In this document: positions 9,217-17,708 of the stretch, piece by piece
Layout of the letters: each line of letters begins with the position of its first letter
How positions within the stretch are numbered: position 1 is the first letter of the stretch
Assembly: GCA_963662795.1 (NCBI GenBank)
Contig: OY759746.1
Location: forward strand, 2,208,001 to 2,272,000
From: Spirochaetia bacterium
GTDB lineage: Bacteria > Spirochaetota > Spirochaetia > CADAEX01
Length of the DNA: 64,000 nt
Direction of reading: 5' to 3'
Translations under genes and position numbers: made by a program
Notes under the pieces: generated by a model
What the model was told of the DNA's origin: nothing
The model's input: the letters and a program-made list of their open reading frames with translations, nothing else
Database searches by the model: none

Positions 9217-10972
9217 GGCCGTTTCAGCAGCATTGTTAATTTTTTTTAGTGTTTATCTTCTCTCCTGTGAGACTAACGAAGGTTATTTTTACGGGAAAAT
9301 CAAAAACAACGGTAAATACGAAAAAACAGTATTGCGGTTTGAAAAAAGCAGTGATAAAAAAACAGGGTATTATAGATTTAAAAAACCATACATTATCGAA
9401 AACAGCGGTCAGCCGGTGTTCTTCAAATCTGAAATACCTGAAGTAAATGGATCGTTTTTTTTTACTATACATACAGCATCTCCCTCCTCCCCCGATACCC
9501 GGACAGAATCTATACATAGCATTGAATTTTCGTCAGAAGGGCCTTCAAAAGCAGTTCTTTTTTTTAGTATGCAGGGGCCTTCATCTATCAAAGGTTTTTC
9601 TATAACTGAATTAACCGAAGAAAGCGAATCAGCTGGATATCAGAGCGGGAAAAAAACAAAAGAGGAAAACAGGGATATTTCCGGGTCTTCAGGTCCAATT
9701 GAGGTGAGGATAATAGCAGGTACTGAATACAGGGAAGGATTTTTAAGGGAAAATGGATTTATTTATCAGAGTGAAAATTTTCACAGGATAACTGAAGACG
9801 GGGAAGAAGTTTTTTCTTTTAATTCCGGAAACGGAAACGGAATTAAAAGTCTTGATAAAATTAAGATAAGAGTGGAAAACGGACCTTTATACAGTCATGA
9901 TGAAAATATATTGCTGGTGAATTTTTATTCCAAAGGTATTAAAAAAAGTGTTAAGGCCCTTCCGGTGAGGGATGAAATAAATTTTACTCCGGCGGATTTA
10001 AAAACAATATTTCCTGCGCTGCCGGATGAGTTAAGGTTTTCTGTTACTTCTTTAAATGGAGCTTCCAGCCCTGTGGTAAAGGGTGTTTCAGTTTTTCGCA
10101 GTTCAGAAAACCAGACTCATTCTGATTATTCGGCGATAAAAGCTGATTTTAATTCCATGCTTGATTACAGTATTGAAAAATGGAGAACCGCAAACTATGA
10201 ACTGTTTTCCTGGTCGGTTTTTCCTGAATTTCTTCTTATTGATACAATAGACTACAGATTCCAGAATGCAATGTTCAAGAGGCTTGCCTTTTTTGTGGAA
10301 AAGCCTGGTGCTGCGGGAAAGCTTCTTACAGACAGTGAGATGGAAAAACTGCATGGATGGAATGCCCATGATTACAGGGCCGAGGACCTTTGCAGGTTTT
10401 TTAATCTGGCGGAGGAAACAGGTTTTAACCTCTCTGAAGAAGAGGAAATACTTAAAATGCTGCTCCTTGAAAACAAAATAATCCGGAATGATCAGGGCGG
10501 CAAGGAATATCTTCCTTCAGGGGGCGGTATTCTGTCTATTTCAAGGGAATCAAACCCTTTTCTGCGGAAAGTATTTATTTCCCATGAGGGATATCACGGT
10601 GTCTTTTTTTCATCAAAGGAATTCAGGGAAAAGTGCGGATTGATATGGAACAAAACTCCGGAAGATGTAAAAACTTTCTGGAAATTTTTCCTTGCCCATA
10701 AGCATTATGATATTTCAAACAGTTACCTTGTTATTAATGAATTCATGGCCTACAACCTTCAGCAGACGCCGGATAAGGGTAGAGATTATTTTTTTGAATA
10801 TATAATTCCCGCCCTCTATGATAATTATCCCTCACGGAAAGATTTTCTGGATAATATCAATGAAAATTACCGGGAAGAATTTTATGAAATAAGCACTGAC
10901 ATTGCAGCAGCCCTGTATGAAACAACAGGCCTTCCGCCCGGCAAGCTTCTCTTTATTGAAAACAGTCCCTGA
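9203..10972 (+). CDS. Hypothetical lipoprotein with HExxH motif
   Basis: Signal peptide ending YLLSC; C-terminal half contains HGWNAHDY and SHEGYHG...NEFMAY; overlaps the cyclase stop codon. Confidence 0.6.
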   Translation: MGTVKAVSAALLIFFSVYLLSCETNEGYFYGKIKNNGKYEKTVLRFEKSSDKKTGYYRFKKPYIIENSGQPVFFKSEIPEVNGSFFFTIHTASPSSPDTRTESIHSIEFSSEGPSKAVLFFSMQGPSSIKGFSITELTEESESAGYQSGKKTKEENRDISGSSGPIEVRIIAGTEYREGFLRENGFIYQSENFHRITEDGEEVFSFNSGNGNGIKSLDKIKIRVENGPLYSHDENILLVNFYSKGIKKSVKALPVRDEINFTPADLKTIFPALPDELRFSVTSLNGASSPVVKGVSVFRSSENQTHSDYSAIKADFNSMLDYSIEKWRTANYELFSWSVFPEFLLIDTIDYRFQNAMFKRLAFFVEKPGAAGKLLTDSEMEKLHGWNAHDYRAEDLCRFFNLAEETGFNLSEEEEILKMLLLENKIIRNDQGGKEYLPSGGGILSISRESNPFLRKVFISHEGYHGVFFSSKEFREKCGLIWNKTPEDVKTFWKFFLAHKHYDISNSYLVINEFMAYNLQQTPDKGRDYFFEYIIPALYDNYPSRKDFLDNINENYREEFYEISTDIAAALYETTGLPPGKLLFIENSP

Positions 10973-11015
10973 GTCTGCCTCTGTAACTGCCAATGGGAGC
11001 CGGTAAAGCAAACTT

Positions 11016-11066
11016 CAGGGCGGATATTATCCGCCGGGATATTATCCGCCCCTGTTGTCCGCCCCT
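11016..11066. repeat. Short GC-rich direct and inverted repeats between convergent genes (probable terminator region)
   Basis: ggatattatccgcc x2 followed by ccgcccctgttgt x2; gcggatattatccgc is nearly palindromic. Confidence 0.5.
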
Positions 11067-11119
11067 GTTGTCCGAACCCTTTTCAGGTTGAATCCTTGTC
11101 AGGATAGATCATCATCAGA

Positions 11120-12490
11120 TCACAATTTATTCTCAACCTCTGTAATTGCCTCTTCTATTGCATTGAGCGCAAAATCCATCTCTTTTTTTGTTATAACAAG
11201 AGACGGGGTCAGCGTAAGGATATTCCCCATAGTAAGCTTGAAGCTGACTCCTTTCGACAGAGCCCTGTACATAACCTCTTCCGCCTCTTCCGATGCAATC
11301 TCCCGTGTTTCCCTGTTCTTTACCAGCTCAATCCCGATAAAAAGGCCTATTCCTCTTACAGCTCCTATCAGCGGATGCCGCTCCATCATCTCATTCGCTT
11401 TTTTAAGTGAATACTCCCCCAGGATTCTTGAATGCTCTACAAGCTTGTTTTTTTCAATGTAGTTAATGGCTGCAAGCCCTGCCGCAGCTCCAAGAGTGCT
11501 TTTTTCGTGTGTGAAGTGTCCGAGCGCGATATGGCCTGCCACATCAAGCCTTTCGTCTGCTATAACAGCCGCGATTGGAAATACTCCGCCGCCGAGTCCT
11601 TTCCCGATGACAAGAATATCCGGGGTAACATCAAAATTCTGGCATGTAAACCACTGGCCCGTTCTTCCAAGAGCGTGAGGAATTTCATCGAAAATGAGGA
11701 GGGCCCCGTATTTGTCACAGGCTTTTCTGACAATCTGCCAGTATTCTTTCGAAGGGACATAAGGTGTGCTTCTCATCGGTTCTGAAATAACTGCAGCGAT
11801 ATCACCCTCTTTTTCAAGAATATACTCGATATACTTTGCCCAGAGTATCTCCCACTCTTCAGGTTTTCCTATGTCCATGAACCGTCTGTGAATATCAGGC
11901 GGGGGAACGTGTTCTGTTCCGCTTGACAGGGGGCCGATCCCTTTTCTGAAAACTGCCTCACCCCCGATAGAAATTGTATCGAGCGTCGCGCCGTGAAAAG
12001 AATCCCACATTGAAATTGTCTTATATCTTCCTGTTGCTATACGGGCAAGCTTAATCGCGATTGAGTTTGCTTCCGCGCCTCCGGGGGCAAAAAGCATTTT
12101 ATTGAGGTTTCCCGGGGTGAGGGATGCAATTTTTTTGGCGAATTCTATCACAATTTTGTTTGTATACCGCCGTGTACAAAAGGGAAGTTCATCCAGTTGT
12201 TTTTTTACTGCATCAATAACGTCCTGATTTCCGAAACCGACCTGATGTACATTGTTGCCGTGGAAATCAAGATATTTTCTCCCTTCATAGTCTTCTATCC
12301 AGGCGCCTTTTGCTGATGCAAGGACATTAAGGCATGGGGATGAGAGCGATTGTTTTAAAAAATATCTGCTGTCCTCCTCAAGTATTTCCGCGGTTTCTTT
12401 TCCTATATTTTCATCCTGCCACTGCTTTCTTTTTTCCGAGATATTAATATCACCTTCCAGCTTAAGCTGGCTGCTCATTTTTTCCGGCAT
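11120..12490 (-). CDS. pbfA: Class-III PLP enzyme, PbfA-like ((R)-1-hydroxy-2-aminoethylphosphonate ammonia-lyase family)
   Basis: EGDINIS...W, QSLSSPCL, DFHGNNVHQVGFG, LPFCTRRYTN, WDSFHGATLDTISIGGEA, GKGLGGG (PLP Lys), GHFTHEKS: the motif set I recognise from PbfA-type proteins. Confidence 0.7.
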   Translation of the reverse strand: MPEKMSSQLKLEGDINISEKRKQWQDENIGKETAEILEEDSRYFLKQSLSSPCLNVLASAKGAWIEDYEGRKYLDFHGNNVHQVGFGNQDVIDAVKKQLDELPFCTRRYTNKIVIEFAKKIASLTPGNLNKMLFAPGGAEANSIAIKLARIATGRYKTISMWDSFHGATLDTISIGGEAVFRKGIGPLSSGTEHVPPPDIHRRFMDIGKPEEWEILWAKYIEYILEKEGDIAAVISEPMRSTPYVPSKEYWQIVRKACDKYGALLIFDEIPHALGRTGQWFTCQNFDVTPDILVIGKGLGGGVFPIAAVIADERLDVAGHIALGHFTHEKSTLGAAAGLAAINYIEKNKLVEHSRILGEYSLKKANEMMERHPLIGAVRGIGLFIGIELVKNRETREIASEEAEEVMYRALSKGVSFKLTMGNILTLTPSLVITKKEMDFALNAIEEAITEVENKL

Positions 12491-12640
12491 GGGCCCTCCT
12501 TATTCAATTATTTTCAAAATATAGCTGAGAGACACAATTGTGTCAACAAATGTATATACAAATATAGTTAGAGTTGATATGAAAATATGCATTTTTTATA
12601 AAAAAATGATTATAATCATATTATATAATATTAAGATTTG

Positions 12641-12710
12641 TTATCATAATAAAATATGATAATTAATATAATATAAATTTATTGACAATAAAACAAACTG
12701 CCCTGATAAT
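12641..12710 (+). promoter_or_regulatory. LysR-type operator plus sigma70 promoter upstream of the first TAXI gene
   Basis: TTATCATA-ATAAAA-TATGATAA palindrome (contains T-N11-A); TTGACA(12682)-N17-GATAAT begins 21 nt after the 18-bp core. Confidence 0.75.
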
Positions 12711-12779
12711 TTATTATGTTGATCAATAAACAGTAAATATATGCCAAAAAGAATGACTAATTATTTAGGGAGGAGTTTA

Positions 12780-13772
12780 ATGAAAAAGATAATTTTATTG
12801 GGGCTGATCCTTATTGTTGCACCGTGCCTGGTTTTTTCCGGCGGTGCAGGTGAGCAAGGGTATTCGGCAATTATGGGAAGCTCAAGTCTTGGAGGAACAT
12901 GGTATCCGACAGCGGCAAGAATGGCAGGCGCCGCGATGGAACATGGTGGCATAATAATAACTGTCCAGTCATCCGGCGGCGGAACAGAAAATGTAAGACT
13001 TATGAGGCAGGACCAGTATCAGATGGGACTTTGTGAACCAAATATTGCCAACTACGCATATAAAGGTGTTAAATTATTCAAGGATGACGGGCCATATGAC
13101 AATCTTACATTTGTTACAAACCTTTACCCAAATGCGGCCTGCGCGGTTGTTCACAAGGGCGGCCCGATAAAAACAATGTATGATTATAACATGGACAGCA
13201 ATGGTGGAAAAAAATACGGATTTGCTCCGGGAAGTCCGGGATCAGGTGATGAATACTGCTGGGAAGAGATTTTCAGCATCTATGGCGCAAACAAAACAAA
13301 CATGAACTGGAAGCCCCTTTCCCACAATGAAAGAGTTATGGCTTTCAAGGACAGAATTCTTGAAGGAATAGGTTATACGACAGCACAGCCTTCAGGGAGT
13401 ATAATTGAAGCATCAGCACAGACTCCAATCAGAATTTTGGAGATAACGGGAAAAGACAGGGAAAAAATAATCAAAGAATTCCCCTGGTATTCTCCGGCGG
13501 TAATCCCTGCAGGCATGTATAATGGCATTGATGCTGATGTGGAAACAATTTCAATCGGCGGATTTGTTCTTGCCAACAAGGATGTTCCAGAGGATTTTAT
13601 TTACAGATATCTTTCCGCTGTTTACGGCAAAGGACTTAAAAGTGTTCAGGGTGTGGCAGAAGCAACAAAAGATATAAAACTTGAAAATTCCATTAATGGC
13701 AATGAGACTGCTTCGATGGCATTTCATGCCGGTGCTGAAAAATTTTACAGGGAAAAAGGTCTCCTGAAATAG
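12780..13772 (+). CDS. TAXI-family TRAP solute-binding protein (copy 1)
   Basis: Signal peptide, GSSSLGGTWYP, SSGGGTENVRL, NLYPN, PGSPGSG, FHAGAEKFYREKG; AGGAG RBS. Confidence 0.88.
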   Translation: MKKIILLGLILIVAPCLVFSGGAGEQGYSAIMGSSSLGGTWYPTAARMAGAAMEHGGIIITVQSSGGGTENVRLMRQDQYQMGLCEPNIANYAYKGVKLFKDDGPYDNLTFVTNLYPNAACAVVHKGGPIKTMYDYNMDSNGGKKYGFAPGSPGSGDEYCWEEIFSIYGANKTNMNWKPLSHNERVMAFKDRILEGIGYTTAQPSGSIIEASAQTPIRILEITGKDREKIIKEFPWYSPAVIPAGMYNGIDADVETISIGGFVLANKDVPEDFIYRYLSAVYGKGLKSVQGVAEATKDIKLENSINGNETASMAFHAGAEKFYREKGLLK

Positions 13773-13798
13773 AAATTATTAAGCTGATCGCCTTTTAA

Positions 13799-13832
13799 GC
13801 GGGGTATTTAAACAGATATCCCGCATTTTTTC
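13799..13832 (+). terminator. Intrinsic terminator after TAXI copy 1
   Basis: gcggggtattt-aaac-agatatcccgc followed by a T-run. Confidence 0.7.
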
Positions 13833-13943
13833 CCTCTGATAATACTGAAAATTATCAGTGCATTAATTTAATCTCTCTATTTTACTTTCTGTAATTCGTG
13901 AATATTATTAATTCCAGCCGTAAAAATAGAAACCAAAAAACAG

Positions 13944-13972
13944 TTGACAAAAGATTGAATCAGAGTGATAAT
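13944..13972 (+). promoter_or_regulatory. sigma70 promoter for TAXI copy 2
   Basis: TTGACA-N17-GATAAT; no copy of the ATCATA-N6-TATGAT box upstream. Confidence 0.65.
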
Positions 13973-14022
13973 TTTCCTAACAGTAAATTAACTAAATTTT
14001 AACACTAATAAAGGAGAGAAGT

Positions 14023-15021
14023 ATGAAGAGAATTTTAATTTTTCTACTAATTGCCTTCCTGTTTACCAGTTTTGCATTTGCAGCTGGACAGGGAGAAGCT
14101 GGTGGAAAAAAATACTCAGCAATCATGGGAAGTTCAAGCCTTGGTGGATCATGGTATCCTATGGCTAGTAGACTTGCCGGTGTAGCAATGAAGTACGGCG
14201 ATATAGTAATAACTGTACAGTCCTCAGGCGGCGGTACAGAGAACGTAAGACTTATGAAACAGGGTCAGTATAACATGGGTCTCTGCGAACCAAACGCAGC
14301 CAACTATGCTTATCAGGGAATTAAAATGTTTGCCAAAGAAGGCAAATTTGATAACCTCAGATATGTTATGGGCCTTTATCCGCTTCCTTTGACAGCAGTT
14401 GTTCATAAAGACGGTCCTATTACAAGCCTTGGTGATTTTGATAAGGCAAAAACAGGTAAAAGCTACGGTTTTTCACCTGGAAGCCCGGGATCAGGCGATG
14501 AAGTCAGCTGGCTTGAAGTTTTCGAAGCTTACGGCGTTAAAAAAGATGACATGAACTGGAAACCACTTTCACATAATGAAAGAGTAATGGCTTTCAAAGA
14601 CAGAATTCTTGAATGCGTAGCTTTTGAAACAGCTCAGCCTGCAGGTGCTATAATCGAACTTTCAGCTCAGAACCCGATCAGAATTATTGAAATCAAGGGC
14701 GCAGAAAGAGACAAGATTCTCAAAGCTCTTCCTTTCTATGGTAAATATACACTTCCTGCTGGAATGTATAACGGTCAGGATACAGCAGTTGAAACAATCT
14801 TCCTTGGCGGATTTTGTCTTGCCAATGCAGATGTTCCAGAAGATTTTATCTACAAATATCTGACAGCAATTTATGGACCTGGTCTTTCCGAAGTACAGAG
14901 TGTATTCCCGGTAGCAAAAGAAATTACCCTGAAAACAGCTATTCTTGGAAATGAGAACGGAGAAATCCCTTTCCACCCAGGTGCTCTTAAATTCTACAAG
15001 GAAAAAGGTCTTCTTAAATAA
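14023..15021 (+). CDS. TAXI-family TRAP solute-binding protein (copy 2, paralog of copy 1)
   Basis: Shares YSAIMGSSSLGG, SSGGGTENVRLM, MNWKPLSHNERVMAFKDRILE with copy 1; FAAGQGE signal peptide. Confidence 0.88.
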   Translation: MKRILIFLLIAFLFTSFAFAAGQGEAGGKKYSAIMGSSSLGGSWYPMASRLAGVAMKYGDIVITVQSSGGGTENVRLMKQGQYNMGLCEPNAANYAYQGIKMFAKEGKFDNLRYVMGLYPLPLTAVVHKDGPITSLGDFDKAKTGKSYGFSPGSPGSGDEVSWLEVFEAYGVKKDDMNWKPLSHNERVMAFKDRILECVAFETAQPAGAIIELSAQNPIRIIEIKGAERDKILKALPFYGKYTLPAGMYNGQDTAVETIFLGGFCLANADVPEDFIYKYLTAIYGPGLSEVQSVFPVAKEITLKTAILGNENGEIPFHPGALKFYKEKGLLK

Positions 15022-15049
15022 TTCTAATATATAGAGTTAGAGAAAGATT

Positions 15050-15080
15050 AAAAGCCATACCGCAAGGTATGGCTTTTTTT
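15050..15080 (+). terminator. Intrinsic terminator after TAXI copy 2
   Basis: aaaagccatacc-gcaa-ggtatggctttt hairpin with T-tract. Confidence 0.8.
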
Positions 15081-15267
15081 ATGGTCTGCACGGTATAGCC
15101 GGTAATTCCGGCAGACCCGGCAGTACTGCTGCTGATGACAGATCAGATGTTTTATCCGGACAGGTATATCTATTACGGGATAATAAAGATAATTGTTTTG
15201 CCCGAAAAGTTACTAAAAAAAATTTGTATTGTATTATTCAGCTTTATTAAATATAGTATTTAAAGTA

Positions 15268-16188
15268 ATGAACCTATATCATTTAAAGACTTTTTTTTAT
15301 ACTGCCAAATACAGGAGCTTCACAAAAGCGGCTGATGTACTTTGTATTACCCAGCCGGCTGTAACGAGACAGATTCAGGAGCTTCAGTCTACTCATAACC
15401 TTGTTTTGTTTAACAGGATAGGGAAAAAAATCCTTCTCACCGATGCCGGTGAGGCGTTGTACTCTCTGGCTGAGAAAATATTCGAGCTTGAAACACAGGT
15501 TGAAGAAAGCATCCGGGATTTTCAGCAGCAGAAAAGCGGTAAAATAAGTATTGTGACGTCCGAAACTTTCGGCGGTTTTTATCTTCCTAAGATTATAATA
15601 AAGTTTAACCAGAAATATCCTGATATATATGTTTCTGCAATGACTCTTAATGATTTTTATGTTGTTGATTATGTTTCAAGACTTACCTATGATTTCGGTT
15701 TTTTATCGAAAGAGATGTCTCACCCTAAAATTATTGTAAAAGAACTGTTTGAGGAAGACATTGTCATGATAATCAACCCGGAACATCCTCTTGCAGGAAA
15801 AAGCATTATTGAACCTCACGAACTGGATAATATCCCGATGATAATGCCTGAGCAGGACAGCGGTACCCGCAATATTCTTAACGAATTCAAAAAAAGACAT
15901 GATCTGAAATTTAATGTTGTATGTGAGTTTTCAAACAACGATTCAATAAAAACCCTTGTTCAGGAAGGAATGGGCGTTTCCCTTATCTCAAGAAATGTTG
16001 TAAAGAATGAGATAAAGAGGGGAGAACTTGCATCTCTTAATATAAATGATAAAGGTTTAACGAGAAAATATTATATCACTTATCATAAGGAAAAATACTT
16101 TACAAAGACGATAGCTGAATTTATCGCAATAACATATCAGTGGTCTAATGAGTATATGAATGAATACGGCCGCGGTCCGGTATTATAA
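15268..16188 (+). CDS. LysR family transcriptional regulator
   Basis: MNLYHLKTF...SFTKAADVLCITQPAVTRQIQELQ...LFNR...LTDAG helix-turn-helix. Confidence 0.93.
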   Translation: MNLYHLKTFFYTAKYRSFTKAADVLCITQPAVTRQIQELQSTHNLVLFNRIGKKILLTDAGEALYSLAEKIFELETQVEESIRDFQQQKSGKISIVTSETFGGFYLPKIIIKFNQKYPDIYVSAMTLNDFYVVDYVSRLTYDFGFLSKEMSHPKIIVKELFEEDIVMIINPEHPLAGKSIIEPHELDNIPMIMPEQDSGTRNILNEFKKRHDLKFNVVCEFSNNDSIKTLVQEGMGVSLISRNVVKNEIKRGELASLNINDKGLTRKYYITYHKEKYFTKTIAEFIAITYQWSNEYMNEYGRGPVL

Positions 16189-16231
16189 AATTACCCTGCA
16201 TCGATTATACTTCTTAATATAATATCCACAA

Positions 16232-16299
16232 ATCATAATAAAATATGATAATAATTATAATTAATAATTATTGACAAAGCTCACTCCAAAAAAGATAAT
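16232..16299 (+). promoter_or_regulatory. Second copy of the LysR-type operator plus sigma70 promoter
   Basis: ATCATAATAAAATATGAT (identical to 12643-12660), 21-nt spacer, TTGACA(16271)-N17-GATAAT. Confidence 0.75.
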
Positions 16300-16364
16300 A
16301 TATTTAAGATTATTAATCTTTATAATAAGTATAATTAAATATTATACAACAAGGAGATGAAAAC

Positions 16365-17561
16365 GTGGCTAAAAAATTATTTGCTCTTGCGGGAGCCGGA
16401 AAAATCTGCGGCTGGGCACTTAGAACTGCGGTAAAAAATTCAGACAAAAATCTTTTTGACAGGATTACAATCGGTGAGTACAACCTTGAAGCTGCAAATG
16501 CGCTTAAGGCTGAGCTTGATGATCCAAGAGTTGATGTCGTAAAAATCGATATCAATGACGAGGCCGATGCAATAAATAAAATGAAGGGGTATGATGTTGT
16601 TCTCGACGGTTCAACAATCAAATTGAACGGTATTTCAACAAGGATTATTGCGCAGGCCGGATGCAGCGGTTTAAATCTTAACGGTTTCGGTGAAGAATAT
16701 AAATACAGCGATATTTTTAAAAAAAACGGCAGGATTCATATTCCCGGTTACGGGATGACACCCGGGCTTACAGATTCGATGGTGAGGGCAGGTGCTGAAA
16801 AACTTGATAAAATTGATACAGTAAGAGTAAGCCACTGTGCGTTCAGGCCTATCGCGTATTCTCCTGCTATTTTTGAAACAACTTCATACGAGTATGATCC
16901 GAACCTTCCAGGCAGGGTTGTTTATGAAGACGGAGAACTTAAGCAGGTTCCCCCGTTTGCACGGGAAAGGCTGATTCCTACCCCTCTTCCATACGGGACA
17001 AATCCTCAGTACATAATCCCCCACTCGGAGGTGCATACTGCAACAGAATATCTTAAAAAAATCGGGAAACCGCCCAGGCTTGTAGAGGTAAGGGGAACCT
17101 GGCCGCAGAAAAACATGAGACTTATTAAAGCTCTTTATGAATGGGGCATAATGAAAAACGAAAAATTCACCTATAACGGTTCAGAAATGAAGATTATGGA
17201 TGTTATCGGCGCTTATCTTCAGCAGAAGGAAGATGGAAAAGTGACAGATCTTTACGGATACTGCCTCTATATCCAGCTGCTTGGAGAAAAGAACGGCAGG
17301 AAGATTGAACAGGTCCTTTATCATACACACCCGAAATCAGATGGTTCGGTTAAAGGCTGGGAAGGGCTTACCGCCTATATCAGGAATGTTGGTTCTCCGA
17401 TGGGTGTCGCTGCTCTGCTTATTGCCCAGGGTAAATCAGCAGGAACAGGTTGTGTAATTCCTGAAGAAGCATTTGATCCCGCGGATGTTTTTGCGGCGCT
17501 TGAGCCGATCGGGATCCGGATTCACCAGTCTGAAAGGGAAATTGCTGATTATAATTATTGA
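16365..17561 (+). CDS. Saccharopine dehydrogenase / lysine 6-dehydrogenase family NAD(P)-dependent oxidoreductase
   Basis: N-terminal Rossmann motif LAGAGKIC, GYGMTPGLT, IIPHSEVHT, PEEAFDP; GTG start after AAGGAG. Confidence 0.75.
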   Translation: MAKKLFALAGAGKICGWALRTAVKNSDKNLFDRITIGEYNLEAANALKAELDDPRVDVVKIDINDEADAINKMKGYDVVLDGSTIKLNGISTRIIAQAGCSGLNLNGFGEEYKYSDIFKKNGRIHIPGYGMTPGLTDSMVRAGAEKLDKIDTVRVSHCAFRPIAYSPAIFETTSYEYDPNLPGRVVYEDGELKQVPPFARERLIPTPLPYGTNPQYIIPHSEVHTATEYLKKIGKPPRLVEVRGTWPQKNMRLIKALYEWGIMKNEKFTYNGSEMKIMDVIGAYLQQKEDGKVTDLYGYCLYIQLLGEKNGRKIEQVLYHTHPKSDGSVKGWEGLTAYIRNVGSPMGVAALLIAQGKSAGTGCVIPEEAFDPADVFAALEPIGIRIHQSEREIADYNY

Positions 17562-17607
17562 TATAAGGGAACCTAAGATACTTCTCCCGGAAACTTAATT
17601 TTACCGG

Positions 17608-17642
17608 CCCGGACTGCAGGAAACTGCGATCCGGGTTTTTTT
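17608..17642 (+). terminator. Intrinsic terminator
   Basis: cccggactgcag-gaaa-ctgcgatccggg followed by a T-run. Confidence 0.65.
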
Positions 17643-17708
17643 ATGAGACACAATTTTTTTTAATAAATAAGCTTTATCAGGCTGTCCGGATAAGAGGAAT
17701 CCGGGGTA

